In this document: positions 1 through 12,256 of the stretch, one piece after another
Position numbering within the stretch: position 1 is the stretch's first letter
Layout: the number at the start of each line of letters is the position of its first letter
DNA from: Octopus sinensis
Taxonomy: Eukaryota
Assembly (NCBI RefSeq): GCF_006345805.1
Contig: NW_021832776.1
Span: forward strand, 1 to 32,698
Length of the DNA stretch: 32,698 bases
Direction of reading: 5' to 3'
Notes under the pieces: generated by a model
What the model saw: only the letters and a program-made list of their open reading frames with translations
What the model was told of the DNA's origin: nothing
Database searches by the model: none
Program-made: the position numbers and the translations under genes

Positions 1-132
1 AAATCCACTCACAGGCCTTTAGTTGGCCCAAGGCTATAGTAGAATATGCTTGCCCAAGGTGCCATGGAGTGGGACTGAACCCGAAACCATGTAGTTGGGA
101 AGCAAGATACTTACCTAACAACCACTCCTGTG
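1..132 (-). mobile_element. tRNA-derived SINE family E, 5' part (cut by window edge)
   Basis: Reverse complement has GTGGT..GGTAAG, GGTTCAGTCCCAC and CCTTGGGCAAG. Matches 9975-10100. Confidence 0.8.
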
Positions 133-639
133 CACACACACACACACACACATATATGTGTAATATCAATCAACATTTTATTTAAATGGTAATTAGCAAA
201 ATCATGAACATCACAACAACTTCAGCCTGTCTTGAAAATTCCTGAAAGTCTCAATCAAGCAACAGACACCACTTCCTTCTGCACACCGCCCCATACCTCT
301 AACTTGCATAGCTACACATTCTTCCCCTTCCTCCTCCATCACACCCCATCACCACACTCCCTTTCTATATCCACTCAGCCCTTCCCACTGCCTTCAACAT
401 TTACACCCACACATCAAATAAACAGACGCACTTGAAATAAAATAAATATTTTATTTAAATATTCTCCCCAACCCTGCTTCTCTCACAGGGACCATGTCTT
501 GGGAATAATTTGAAATGGGGCATGTCTTGTCTTGTTTCTAATTCTTTCTTTTAAAATTCCTTTGAGAATCTTTTTCAGTTTATATTTTACAGACTATTCA
601 TTCATTCTGTCATTCACTATTCTCCTCTTTCACCTTCCA

Positions 640-1165
640 TTGCTGTTCTCATCATTCTTCTTCCCTTACTCCCTCTCTTCCTCTTCCTTCTTCATTTCTT
701 CTTTTACTTCTTTGTCTTCTTTCTCCTTTCTCCTCTTCTTCTTCTTTCTCTTTCTACTCCTTTCTCCACTTCTTCTTCTTCTTCTTCTTCTTTTCTTCTT
801 CTTCTTCTTCTTCTTCTTCTTCATCACCTTCTTCTTCCTCCTCTTCTGTTTCTTCATTTTTTTTCTTCCTCTTCTTTTTATTCATCATCATCATTGTCAT
901 CAAACTAAGAGATTTTCACTTATTTTGTCTTTATGCAATAAATGTTGCAAGGTTTAGTGTGGTGAGAGAGAGAGAGAGAGAGAGTGAGAGAGAGGCAGAC
1001 AGACTGACAAACAAATAGAGATGGAGAGTGTGTAAGGGAGGGAGAGAATGAGTGAGAAAAAAAGAGAGAAAGTGATAAAGAAGGAGAGAGGTTAAGTGAG
1101 CGAATGAGTGAATGAAAGAGAGTGGGAGTGAGAATGAGAGAGAGAAAAGGAGAGAGAGAGAGTGA
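640..1165. repeat. (TTC)n/CT-rich tract followed by GA-rich tract
   Basis: Directly visible. Confidence 0.9.
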
Positions 1166-1236
1166 TCTTGACTTGTGACTTACACCTCATTGATTAGCTA
1201 ACACAACCGAATAAAATTCATTTGAAGAAGGTCGAC

Positions 1237-1411
1237 TGATGTTGATGATGATGATGATGATGGTAGTGGTGGTGGTGGTGGTGATGGAACTGGTAATGTT
1301 GATGGTAGCAGTAGATGGTGAGGAGTGATGATGATGATGATGATGATGAAGGCAGTGGTGGCACCGATGACAATCTAAGGATAAAGGTGATGCTCATGAT
1401 GTTGATGCTGG

Positions 1412-1443
<32 letters not shown>

Positions 1444-1540
1444 CTGATGATGATGATGATGATGATGATGACAATAATGATGATGATGGTGGTGATGACG
1501 GTGATGATGGTGATGATGATGATGATGATGTCGATGATGA
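1237..1540. repeat. (GAT)n/(GGT)n microsatellite
   Basis: Directly visible. Confidence 0.95.
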
Positions 1541-1814
1541 TAGTTTTAGCAAACACACAGCATCGTGTGACTGGCTTTTATCGATAAAATACAAGTGGTG
1601 AGAAAGAAGGAAGACAAGGAGAAGGTGATGTGTTGAAGATAATGGTAGTGGCAGCAGCGACAGCGGCGATGATATTTTTAGTTTATTTCTTGTCGTAAAG
1701 GAGCTTGACAGCATGTCTAACCAAATGTGAAGTTTTGGCTCACCAAAATTCTTACATTCACAAAAGGAGTCAACTGGAAACTACAAATTTATTTACAATT
1801 ATTATTTATTGCTT

Positions 1815-1995
1815 TTTCTTCTTCTTCTCCTTCTTTTTCTTCTTCTCTTCTTCTTCTTCTTCTTCTTCTTCTTCTTCTTCTTCTTCTGCTTCTTCTTCTT
1901 CTTCTTCTGCTTCTTCTTCTTCTTCTTCTTCTTCTTCTGCTTCTGCTTCTTCTTCTTCTTCTTCTTCTTCTTCTTCTTCTTCTTCTTCTTCTTCC
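1815..1995. repeat. (TTC)n with interspersed TGC variants
   Basis: Directly visible. Confidence 0.95.
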
Positions 1996-2511
1996 CCCCT
2001 CCACCTCCTTATATTTCATTTTTTCTTCATTTTCACTTTATTTCCTTTTTTTAAAATTCTTTTTCCTTATTTTAAACTCTTCCCTACAATTTCTTTTTTT
2101 TTTGTTTTTATTTTGTTTCTTCTTTCCCCCTTTCCTTTCCTCTTATACCTTTTATATTCCAAATGAATCTTCAAACTCAAAAACATTGCCTTGAAATGAT
2201 AAAGACATTTTCCCACCCACTCTCAGAGCTTTTTCTTTTTGCTTCCTTTTCTTCCTTCTTTCTTTTCTTTTTCTTTTACTTTTCATGGCTGGTTGACTTT
2301 TCGCTCCACTAAGCACTGAGCCATGAAATGTAAGTGAGGAGCAAAACGTTAGTTTACACCTAGATTCATGTATTTATTTATTTTCTGCACTCTCTTGTCA
2401 CTTTGGATGCATGGAATTTCCAGTTGTTTGATCAATGATGGAACTACTAAAGTCATTGTCTTAGAGTGGCAGGAGCTAAGAATTGCACAGCTCTTAATGT
2501 TAAATATGCAC

Positions 2512-2672
2512 AAGCACAGCTGTGCGTTTTGCTTCCCAACCACATGGTTTTGAGTTCAGTTCCAGAGCATGGCATCTTAGAACAAATGCCTTCAACTGTA
2601 GCCTTGAGCTCTGATGACAGACCTTGTGAGTGAATTTGATGGAAGGAAACTGAAAGAAGCCTTTTGTATATA
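2512..2672 (+). mobile_element. SINE family E, 5' half
   Basis: GCTTCCCAACCACATGG..GAGTTCAGTTCC..GGAAACTGAAAGAAGCC. Confidence 0.75.
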
Positions 2673-2996
2673 ACTGACACTTAGTTGCTTACAACAAGGA
2701 CAGTTCCAGTTGATCTGATCAATGGGACAGTCTGCTCATGAAATTAACTTGTATGTGGTTGAACATTCCACAGACACACGTATGCTTAAGATAATTCTCT
2801 GGGATATTCAGCAAGACACAGTGTGTGACAAGGCTGGCCCTTTGAATTACAGGTACTACACATTTCTGCCTACAGAGTAAACTGGAGCAATGTGAAATAA
2901 AGTGTCTTGCTCAAGGACACAATGCATCACCAGGAATTGAACTCACAACCTTACGATCATGAGCTAAATACTCTAACCACTAAACTATGTGCTTTC
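2673..2996 (-). mobile_element. tRNA-derived SINE, family B
   Basis: Reverse complement of 8904-9216 along its length. Confidence 0.85.
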
Positions 2997-3017
2997 ACCT
3001 GTTGTATATACATATAT

Positions 3018-3254
3018 ATTCTTTTATTTTTTTTATTTGTTTCTGTCATTTGACTGCGGCCATGCTGGAGCACCATCTTTAGTCGAGCAATTCGACTCCA
3101 GGACTTATTCTTTGTAAGTCTAGTACTTATTCTATTGGTCTCTCTTGTCAAACCACTAAGTGGCAGGTACGTAAACACACCAGCATCGGTTATCAAGTGA
3201 TGTTGGGGGGACAAACACAGACACACAAACACACACACACACACACACACACAT

Positions 3255-3297
<43 letters not shown>

Positions 3298-3312
3298 CAA
3301 CAGGCTTCTTTC
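3018..3312 (-). mobile_element. SINE family E, 3' half with internal (CA)n
   Basis: TCATTTGACTGCGGCCATGCTGGAGCACC..GTAAACACACCAGCATCGG, shared with 9725-9900. Confidence 0.85.
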
Positions 3313-3411
3313 AAAATGCGACAGGTGATTTAATACAAATCTTACAATTTTTTATCTGAGTCTACATAATTTCTGAATTCTTTCAGCCAGTTCACACATA
3401 TCCAACTCTAA

Positions 3412-3448
<37 letters not shown>

Positions 3449-3876
3449 ACACACACACATACACACATGCACTCAAATACATATAAATGAGAAAATTAAC
3501 TTCCCCAAGGGTACAACATAATATCCAATATGATACTTCATACAGTTTCAATCTCATGATGGAAATCCATCATGGTTAATCCATCATAACTCCTCCACAC
3601 CTCAAATGCAATTTTCTTTTAATTAGATTTTTGTTAATGTCATCAATTAAAAGGACATATTTGTCTGAATTATTTAAGTCTGTTGAATGTTAAATTTATG
3701 CATTTAACAGAGAGTAAAGGGGTGCGTTGCGGAACATGAACTAAATGCACTTAAATATTAAAGAGTTAAATCCCATGATCAGTATGAATATGCATGTGTT
3801 TGTATGTGTGTGTGTGTGTGTGTACATATATATGTGTATGTTTGTATGTGTTTGTGTGTGTACATATACATGTGTA

Positions 3877-3915
<39 letters not shown>

Positions 3916-3988
3916 TATAGATATTAGATATCATCAGTGTATGATATATCTGAAAAAGAAGCAGACTCTAAAGTATAGGGCAGTAATG

Positions 3989-4256
3989 TATTCTCATGCA
4001 GTTAAATATATGTCCGGTCACAGAATGACCGATGGTTTTGCCTCCAAAATGTTCTTAACTCTATGGATGACTCATCAGACTCTAATGGCAGAGCTAATGG
4101 GATGGTGTTGGAATATTCTTTGTTGAATAACAGATTTTGTAAAGTACCATGTTATTTGCCATTAGAGTCTGGCAGGTCACCCATGGAGCTAAACACTTTA
4201 TGGATGTGAAACCATTGGTCATTCTACGGCCAGACATATTTCACTTCATGTAAATA
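3989..4256. mobile_element. MITE-like fold-back element
   Basis: About 100-bp imperfect inverted arms (3989-4090 vs 4157-4256), including the perfect block CAGACTCTAATGGCA/TGCCATTAGAGTCTG, around a ~66-bp spacer. Confidence 0.7.
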
Positions 4257-4484
4257 TATATATTGAATGCTCAAAATGAAGAGTAGATAGGCAGCCAACA
4301 ACTGATGAAGGGTCCTTTCTCTGTGTTTACTTGACTTGTTTTCCATTCTTCTTATTTACATATTTCACTAATTTTCCTTCGTTTGTTTACGTATTTCATG
4401 TTATTTGTACTCCAAATAGTGATCATAGCTAGCTGCTACCACTTTTCAGTGGGAATAAATACGCCTGTTAATTACTGCTTGAGT

Positions 4485-4817
4485 TGTATGGCTTAGTGAT
4501 TAGAGCATCAGGCTCACAATCATGAGGTAGTGAGTTCAATTCCTGGACTGTGCTATGTGTTGTGTTCTAGACCAAGGTACTTTATTTCATGTTGCTCCCA
4601 TTTCACTCAATTGTAGAAATGAGTTGTGAAATCACTGGTGCCAAGCTGTATTGACCTTTGCCTCTCCCTTGGATAACAATGGTGGCATGGAGAGCATAGT
4701 GACCTGGTATGCATGGGCGATTGCTGATCTTCTATAAACAACCTTGCCTGGACTTGTGCCACAGAGGGAAAGTTTCTTAGGTGCAATGCCACAGTCATTC
4801 ATGACCAAAGGGGTTCT
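4485..4817 (+). mobile_element. tRNA-derived SINE, family A
   Basis: A-box-like TGGCTTAGTGA (4489) and B-box-like GAGTTCAATTCC (4532). Colinear with the copy at 28165-28484. Confidence 0.85.
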
Positions 4818-5394
4818 GCTTGAGACAGTGACCTTAGATCTCACATTGAGTTTAACCAATGTTTCCATAGCCATCTGCCAGTTTTGAGAACAGGACTTTC
4901 TTTGTGAGAGTATTATCATCAACTCTGCCAATGTGACTTAGCTATTGGAGATTTCTCTGCATCAGTAGATGGTGCATGGACTGAAAGCCAACCAACTGAT
5001 GACTTCAAAGAATGGTCATATTGGTAGCTTTGCTTGCATGCATTCCAGCAGTACAATAATCATTGTCACAGATTCCTTTCTACTCTAGGCACAAGGCCCA
5101 AAAAGAATCATTATCTCAGATATATATAGCAGCGCCTAAATACATACTGAGATGTTTTTGTGTTCTTGTCTCTGTATGTTTTTCCTTGATTTCTAAATAA
5201 GATATTTCATAAATGAAATGCTTATACAACGAGGACAAACAAAAACTGAAAGACAGGAGAGTCAGGAATATACATAAAAAATCCATGACACTTATTAACT
5301 GTAGACCAGAAGTCGGAAAATGAAATGTTGTTTATTTTTTGTTGATTTTCTTTCTTTTCTTTTTGTTTACCATCCATTCTCATCCTCTCTCTCA

Positions 5395-5700
5395 GTATAT
5401 GTGTATATGTGTATGTGTATGTTTGTGCATTTGTATATATATGTGTGTATGTATATCTATACATATATATGTATTTATGCATGTATATATGTATATATCT
5501 GTGTGTGTATATACATACATATATATACTATATATATATATATATATACACACACTCACACACGCACAAATATATACATACATATATATATACATATATA
5601 TATATGTATATATATATACATATATACATATATACATATATATGTATATATGTATATATGTATATATTTGTGTGTGTGTGTGTGTGTGAGTGTGTATGTA
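5395..5700. repeat. Compound TA/TG/CA microsatellite
   Basis: Directly visible. Confidence 0.95.
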
Positions 5701-6029
5701 ATGTCTGTTTATGGTTGTATATTTGTATTTCCTCCATCCTGTGTGGTCTTGTAGCTTTTTAAGAAGGGTGAGTGAGAGGACTATTTAAAGGTAGGTTGTT
5801 AGTTTTGTCTGATTAACAGAATCTCTCCCTCCCTCCCTAACCCTACCTGCCTACATACCCACTTTCCTATCTACCTGCTTACCTTCCTTCCTACCTTCCT
5901 ACCTGTACCAGGCATTGAGCTAACCAGCATACATCATCATCATCATATCAGTATTAATTTTCTCACATTACCTTCCTACATCCTATTCAGCTTCCTCTTT
6001 GTCGGCTCCTCCACCTCTTCTGCATCATT

Positions 6030-6560
6030 GTCTTGCTCCTCATCACCACTACCACTATTGCAATCACCCATCAACCCCCATCCCTGCCACCACCACTGTT
6101 GTCACACTCTGAAAATCACCATCATCATCATAACTACTAGCAACATCACCACCACAACTACCATCACCGCTACCACTTCGAGCACCACCTTCACCACCAC
6201 CACCACCACCACTGCTCCTTTGCCATTGTCACTACTACAACCACCACCATCACCAGCACATTCAGCATCGTCCCTATCATCACCACCAACAACACACCCT
6301 CACCATTACCACTAATCTCACTGTCATCAGTACCACTATCCTCACCATTATTACCATCATCACCAGCATTATTAGCAACATTCACACCAACAACAGTATT
6401 ACCGCCAGTATCCTCCCTACTATTACCACCATCACCACTGCCAACAACACCATCACCATCATCACCACCAGCAATAACAACAGTACCATCATTATCACCA
6501 CCACCAACAACAAAAACAACATTAACACTATGATCATTACTCTCACCACCACTACAACTT
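6030..6560. repeat. Degenerate (CAC)/(CAT)/(AAC) trinucleotide tract
   Basis: Directly visible. Confidence 0.85.
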
Positions 6561-7134
6561 CCATTGACATACATAGCATTATTGTGAGATGTAGCAAGTT
6601 ACAAGACCAGATAGAATTATCTGTACACTCAGGTATCAAAGCACTCCATCAAGAGGTGAATCCTAGAATGAGTCACACCATATATTAATGGGTCAAGATG
6701 ATGTAGGCTTTGTATAGCTGAAAACAGTCATATCACTTTTTAGCATCTAAGAACTCTACTGACCAACTACTAGATCTGGAATTTTTACTAAATGCAAGCA
6801 TCTGGATAAGTTTCTGTTATCAAACTGGAGAATACCATTGTTAATTCCCATTCTAAAGGCCCAAAGAAACACAATTCTTAACTCCCTTCCCTCCATATTT
6901 TTCTTATTTTCCTTTCCATCTCATTTTTCTCTCATTTACTTTTTTATCTCATTCATTCTTGCATTTTCTCACTTTTTCTCAGAGTGCATTCATTTGGTAT
7001 TCTAAGCCTGAATAATTGTCTGAAGGTACACAGTACACTATACAAACTCATTCAACTACTATATAATATCATTAGAAGCATACAGTTTACAGTGGCTTGT
7101 ATTTAAATTCTATGTATATTAAATGGTATATATA

Positions 7135-7245
7135 TCATCATCATCGTTGTTGTCATCTAACGTCTACTTTCCATGCTGGCATGGTTAGGGGGGGGGTTAA
7201 CTGAGAACAGGCAAGCTGGGAGGCTGTACCAGGCTCCAATCTGGT
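7135..7245 (-). mobile_element. Family F fragment
   Basis: (CAT)n..TAACGTCTACTTTCCATGCTGGCATGG..GGCTGTACCAGGCTCCA. Confidence 0.7.
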
Positions 7246-7479
7246 TATATATGTTTAAGGCAAGGTTTGACTATGACTTTGAAGTTTCAGCTTACTTGTT
7301 TTTGCTAGACAGTCTAATGAAGGTTAGCAAGCCAATACTTTAAAGTTACTGTCAATCTTCTCCTTGTAAAAATTTAATAAATATGTACTCTACTAAAAAA
7401 ATGAGATGAATAATCATGCAGTCTAATGTTAACTTGTAAAATATTCCTATATATAACTTGACGTAAAAATAAACATTAT

Positions 7480-7566
7480 TCTCTCTCTCTCTTTCTCTCC
7501 ATCTCTCTCTTCCTCTCCCCCTCTCTGTCTCTGTCTCTCTCTGTCTCTGTGTGTGTGTGTGTCTCT

Positions 7567-7604
<38 letters not shown>

Positions 7605-7674
7605 CTCTTTCTCTCCATCTCTCTCTTCCTCTCCCCCTCTCTGTCTCTGTCTCTCTCTGTCTCTGTGTGTGTGT

Positions 7675-7735
<61 letters not shown>
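7480..7735. repeat. Compound CT/TG/TA microsatellite with 116-bp tandem duplication
   Basis: CCATCTCTCTCTTCCTCTCCCCC recurs at 7499 and 7615. Confidence 0.9.
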
Positions 7736-8903
7736 GCTCATGACAAGTGAATGCATGTTAATGCATTTAAGCACATTCAAAAGTGCACAATATGAAGTGG
7801 AGTGTAATATGATATTAAGCTTCTATTATATTTTGTAACTCTCAAGGTTTTGTATTGAGTACACTTTTTTCACTTGTTTGTATGTATTCACTCATTCATT
7901 GTATCACCCCTTTAATGGCAGAGCCTTCTATACAAACTGGACATTATAGCTCGATCATGAATATTCACCTGTTGAACTTTTCAAACAAAACATCACCATG
8001 CTGCCACAGAAATATTCCATGAAATGTCATATTTAGAAAAGAAAATTTCGTGAAAATTTGTGTTAAAAGGCGTAGATTCTTAACAAAGCAAGTGGAATAA
8101 CCCTGGAAGAAATGCTCGGTTTTAAAATTTAATTGTCTGTCCTCTTCCCCAAGAAATTGGTGGAGAAAAAAAACCCAATTGATACATACCTATTCAAATG
8201 AGTTATAAACATACATTTCAGAAATGTTACATAATAATTTCCAATAAATCTTTTAAAAATACAAACTAAAAATCTTTTAAAAACTCTAACATATTCACAT
8301 AATCAGACAAAACAAAAATAGAATTTTTATGGAAGAAATCACTGTGCATGAAAACATTTCTATCCAAATAGCATGACAAACTTATAGAAAAAAATATGAG
8401 CACATTAAATTCCATTAACTTAGAAGCTAAAGATTTTACAACTATCTTTCATACAGTCGATAACATTAAAATTTTTCACTGTGGGAGCCATATGCCACTT
8501 TTAAGAATCATAAACAAAATGTTCTAAGCAATCCATCCACAAAAGTCATCAACTCTACCAAAAGTCAAATATATATTATTAGCAAATTCTATATTTTAGA
8601 TAAAACACCAGGCTAGTAAAATGTGTGAGGCTATTTCTATATATCAGAGCTCAGGAATTGAAGATTTGGGCACAGTTGAAATATTATTGACAACAAATGT
8701 ACAAATGTTTGTAGTGTATAAAGACTTTTCTCCATCACTCATATTTACTGAATTCAACATTGAAAATAGAATTTACTAGCTTTTACATGCTCTGATGAAG
8801 CCATTTGATCCTAATGCGTTTCTGCATATTATTTCTATAAGAAACTCAGTTACATTGCATTGAGAAACTGAATTGACTTCATATTTAAGCATATGTTATA
8901 TAT

Positions 8904-9216
8904 GAAGGCTTAGTGGTTAGGGTATATGGCTCATGATCATAAGGTTGTGAGTTCAATTCCCAGTAATGTGTTGTGTCCTTGAGCAAGATACTCTATTTCA
9001 CATTGCTCCAGTCCATTCAGCTGGCGAAAAATGCGGAGTATTTCAAAGGGCCAGCCTTGTCACATTCTGTGTCACACTGAATCTCCCCGAGAACTACTTT
9101 AAGGGTACATGTGTCTGGGAAGTGCTCGGCCACTTGCACATTAATTTCACGAGCAAGCTGTTCTGTTGATTGGATCAACTGGAACACTCGTCAGTGTAAC
9201 AGACAGAGTGCCAGTC
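8904..9216 (+). mobile_element. tRNA-derived SINE, family B
   Basis: A/B boxes and CCTTGAGCAAG core. Colinear with the reverse complement of 2673-2996. Confidence 0.85.
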
Positions 9217-9587
9217 ATATGTTATATGCATGTGCATGCACACACACACACACACACACACATGTATGCAAACGTAAGCTGCATCAAGATGAGACAGTCA
9301 ATGTGCATTCCATACTCTGTGTAAAAAATGTTAAATGTTATTTTAATTTTAATTCAGCTGAAGAAAACGGGATTTTTACATGATGTAACTGATTTGTCAT
9401 CAATAAAAACATGTCTGAAACAGCTGTAGTGAACTGCAGACTGTTTGTGTTATTATTTATACTTCGTATATGGATATATACATATATATGTCTGTGTGTG
9501 TATATATATATATATAAATATATGTATATATATATATAAATTAATATTTCTAAATCTCTCTAAAGGAGACTATGGCAGCGGTACTGG

Positions 9588-9716
9588 ATATTAATAGTTA
9601 TTGCCAAGTTAACATGGCAGTCCAGAAAAATAGGACTAATGCTGCCGTTGAATGCTGCCAAGAGGCCATCGCCTCTAGCTAGCTAGACATATTAGCTTGG
9701 CAATAACTACTAATAT
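9588..9716. mobile_element. Small MITE-like inverted repeat
   Basis: 25-bp arms (9588-9612 / 9692-9716) match at 23/25. Interior has small hairpins (AGAGG-CCATCG-CCTCT). Confidence 0.55.
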
Positions 9717-9724
9717 ATATATAT

Positions 9725-10103
9725 TCTTTCATTCTTTTACTTGTTTCAGTCATTTGACTGCAGCCATGCTGGAGCACCACCTTTTAGTCAAAGAAATCAG
9801 CCCCAGGACTCTTTGTAAGGCTAGTACTTATTCTGTTAGTCTCTTTTGCTGACCTGCTAGGTTACAGGGACGTGAACACACCAACATCGGTTGTCAAGTG
9901 ATGGTGGCAGGGGAAACAAACACAGATACACACTTAAATATATATATATATATACTATGGGCTTCTTTCAGTTTCCATCCACCAGTTCCACTCACAAGGT
10001 TTTGGTCAGCCCAAGGCTATAGTAGAAGACACTTGTGCAAGGTGTTATACAGTGGGACTGAACCTGGAACCATGTGGTTGAAAAGCAAGCTTCTTACCAA
10101 ACA
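9725..10103 (-). mobile_element. SINE family E, near full length
   Basis: Both halves present, joined by an internal CA/TA microsatellite. Confidence 0.9.
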
Positions 10104-10249
10104 TATTCATAATTACATATTTTATTCCTCTTAATCTGATATTTTTTTCTTATTGAGCATTTTTTTGTCTCTTTACACAAAAAAATTATCGTCACTCTAT
10201 TTGCCAATTATTTGGTAAGGGTTGAATATACCTCTGTCAGATTCAGCAA

Positions 10250-10395
10250 TGCAGATTCAGTTGTTCACTCAGTAGAATAACCTGCTCATTGAATCTAAGT
10301 GGTTGAATATTCCACAGAATTGTGTACTCTTAAAATTATTTTACATGCAATAGTATGCATGTGTATGGAAAGCTGTACTTTTGAATTACAAGTAT
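10250..10395 (-). mobile_element. Degenerate family B SINE fragment
   Basis: CTGCTCATTGAAT..GTGGTTGAATATTCCACAGA matches 2743-2775. Confidence 0.5.
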
Positions 10396-10936
10396 ATTTC
10401 ACCTGATGCACTTCCATACAGTTTCCACCTACCCCAGTTTCACTCACAAGATATAAAACAACCTAAGGATAAAAAACATGATGTTTGCCCTAGATGGCAT
10501 GATGTAGAATCAAACCCAGGATCTCACAGTTGCAAAATAACTCCTTAACCATTTAGCCACAAGTAAAATATTTATATGATTACTATAATAGCTCACTCAC
10601 TTCTCTCTACCATCTTTGATTCTATTATTAATGTAATTTAAGGGAACTTGTGCGTTGTATTGAATACAGTCATAAATATATTTTTGGTATTTCAGCTGTT
10701 TCTGTGTTTCTTCGATTCTGGTTCTGTTGAGTATAAAAGCATCCTGACATGTTGTATTAGCGTTTGTAGCTGCTAAATATCTGTTTCCATTTTAGCATTA
10801 TGGGAAACCACAAGGAAATAGCTCTTGATGTATATAAAAATTAGTTATTTCTCTTTATCTGAACATTGCATTAAGAAAACCTGTAATAAAACAAATGATA
10901 AATATACATTGCATCTAAAAATATAAATGGAGATAG

Positions 10937-11068
10937 ATATGGCTGTGTGATTAGGCAGTTCAATTCTCAACCATGTCCCATTGCTAGGGGAATTGTCTTC
11001 GACTATAGTCTGTGAATAACAAAGCTTCACAAGTGGATTTGGTTGTAGGAAACTGAAAGAAGCTTATC
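10937..11068 (+). mobile_element. SINE family E, degenerate 5' half
   Basis: ATGGCTGTGTG..GTCTTCGACTATAG..GTGGATTTGG..GGAAACTGAAAGAAGC. Confidence 0.7.
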
Positions 11069-11171
11069 ATTAATATTTGTATGTATGTATTTATGTATGT
11101 ATGTATATGTATACATGTATTTATATATATGTGTATGTATATTTATGTATTTATGCATGCATGTCTATATA

Positions 11172-11414
11172 TCTTCTATTTTGTTTCAGTCATTAAACTG
11201 TGGCCATGCTAGGGCAACACCTTGAGGAATTTTTAACCAGACTAATCAACTCCTGTACTTATTTTCATTTTAAGCTTGGCACTTTTTCCATCTGTCTCTT
11301 TTGCCAAACTGTTAAATTACAGGGACGTAAACACACCAGCACCAAGTAGTGTTATCAAGTGGTAGTGGTGGGCAAATACAGACACAAAGACATACACGTG
11401 TGTGTGTGTGTGTG

Positions 11415-11452
<38 letters not shown>

Positions 11453-11686
11453 GTGTGTATACACATACATATGACAGTTTTCTTCCAGTTTCTGTCTACC
11501 AAATCCACTCACCAGGCTTTTGTCTTCTTCCCTACCCATTTCTTGGAGGAAGAGTACAGACAATTAAATTTTAAAACCAAACATTTCTTCCAGGGTTATT
11601 CCACTTTCTTTGTGTAGAATCTACACCAAGGTGCCATGCAGTGGGATTGAGCCTAGAACTATTTACCACACAGCCATGCCTGCATC
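11172..11686 (-). mobile_element. SINE family E, full length with ~100-bp foreign insert
   Basis: Family motifs on both sides of a non-family insert at 11522-11624. Confidence 0.8.
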
Positions 11687-11787
11687 TGGAATGGAAAATC
11701 TAATGCTTGGCAACAAACTATCACTTTATCGTGCTGCTACTGTATAAGTCTCTCTGAGAGATTTAGTAATACAATATTTCTAATTTC

Positions 11788-11819
<32 letters not shown>

Positions 11820-11958
11820 TATATATATATTATATATATATAAAACACGATTTATTTGTGATCAGAGTTGCTTGAAAACTGAGGTACAACTGTATGTATG
11901 TATGTATGTATGTATGTATGTATGTATGTATGCATGTATGCATGCATGCATGTATGTA

Positions 11959-12256
11959 TGGATTAAGGCTACCATTGGTTTCATGTGAGGAAGCCTTCCA
12001 CAATTATCAAGCTTATCACACAGAACATCAATGTTCATCTCCCTTTTGGCCGCATGGAGCAGCATCCTGTGACTCCTATACTATGCATAACTGAAACATC
12101 TATGAGGGGCGTCCCATAGGATGACCTAGATGAGATGAAATGATGGATAAAAACCAATTGGATTAATTTAAAATAGAGATGAGCACCGATGTTCTGTGAG
12201 ATAGGTTTGAAAATTGCGTGATTCCTTAACATGAAACCAATGATAGCTTTAAGCCA
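11959..12256. mobile_element. MITE with ~82-bp TIRs and TA flanks
   Basis: TGGATTAAGGCTACCATTGGTTTCATG...CAGAACATCAATGTTCATCTC (to 12041) matches the reverse complement of 12176-12256. TA lies directly outside both ends. Confidence 0.75.

Noticed and set aside
532-2194. Long ORFs rich in F/S/L/K/M/D
   Set aside because: They are translations of (TTC)n and (GAT)n tracts, open in multiple frames on both strands.
4305-4330. CTGATGAAGGG hammerhead-like box
   Set aside because: No GAAA, stem II closure or stem I partner downstream. The same applies to the CTGATGA boxes at about 4996 and 8791.
4485-4550. tRNA gene candidates (also 8904, 28170, 27790)
   Set aside because: A/B boxes are present but there is no complete cloverleaf, and they continue into SINE bodies.
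4940-5025. AIGDFSASV resembling a LINE endonuclease GDFNA motif
   Set aside because: A single short motif with no flanking endonuclease or RT motifs.
9395-9440. GAAACAGCTGTA palindromic stem III-like motif
   Set aside because: No intact core box or stem I pairing upstream. GAAACGTTA at about 15996 fails for the same reason.
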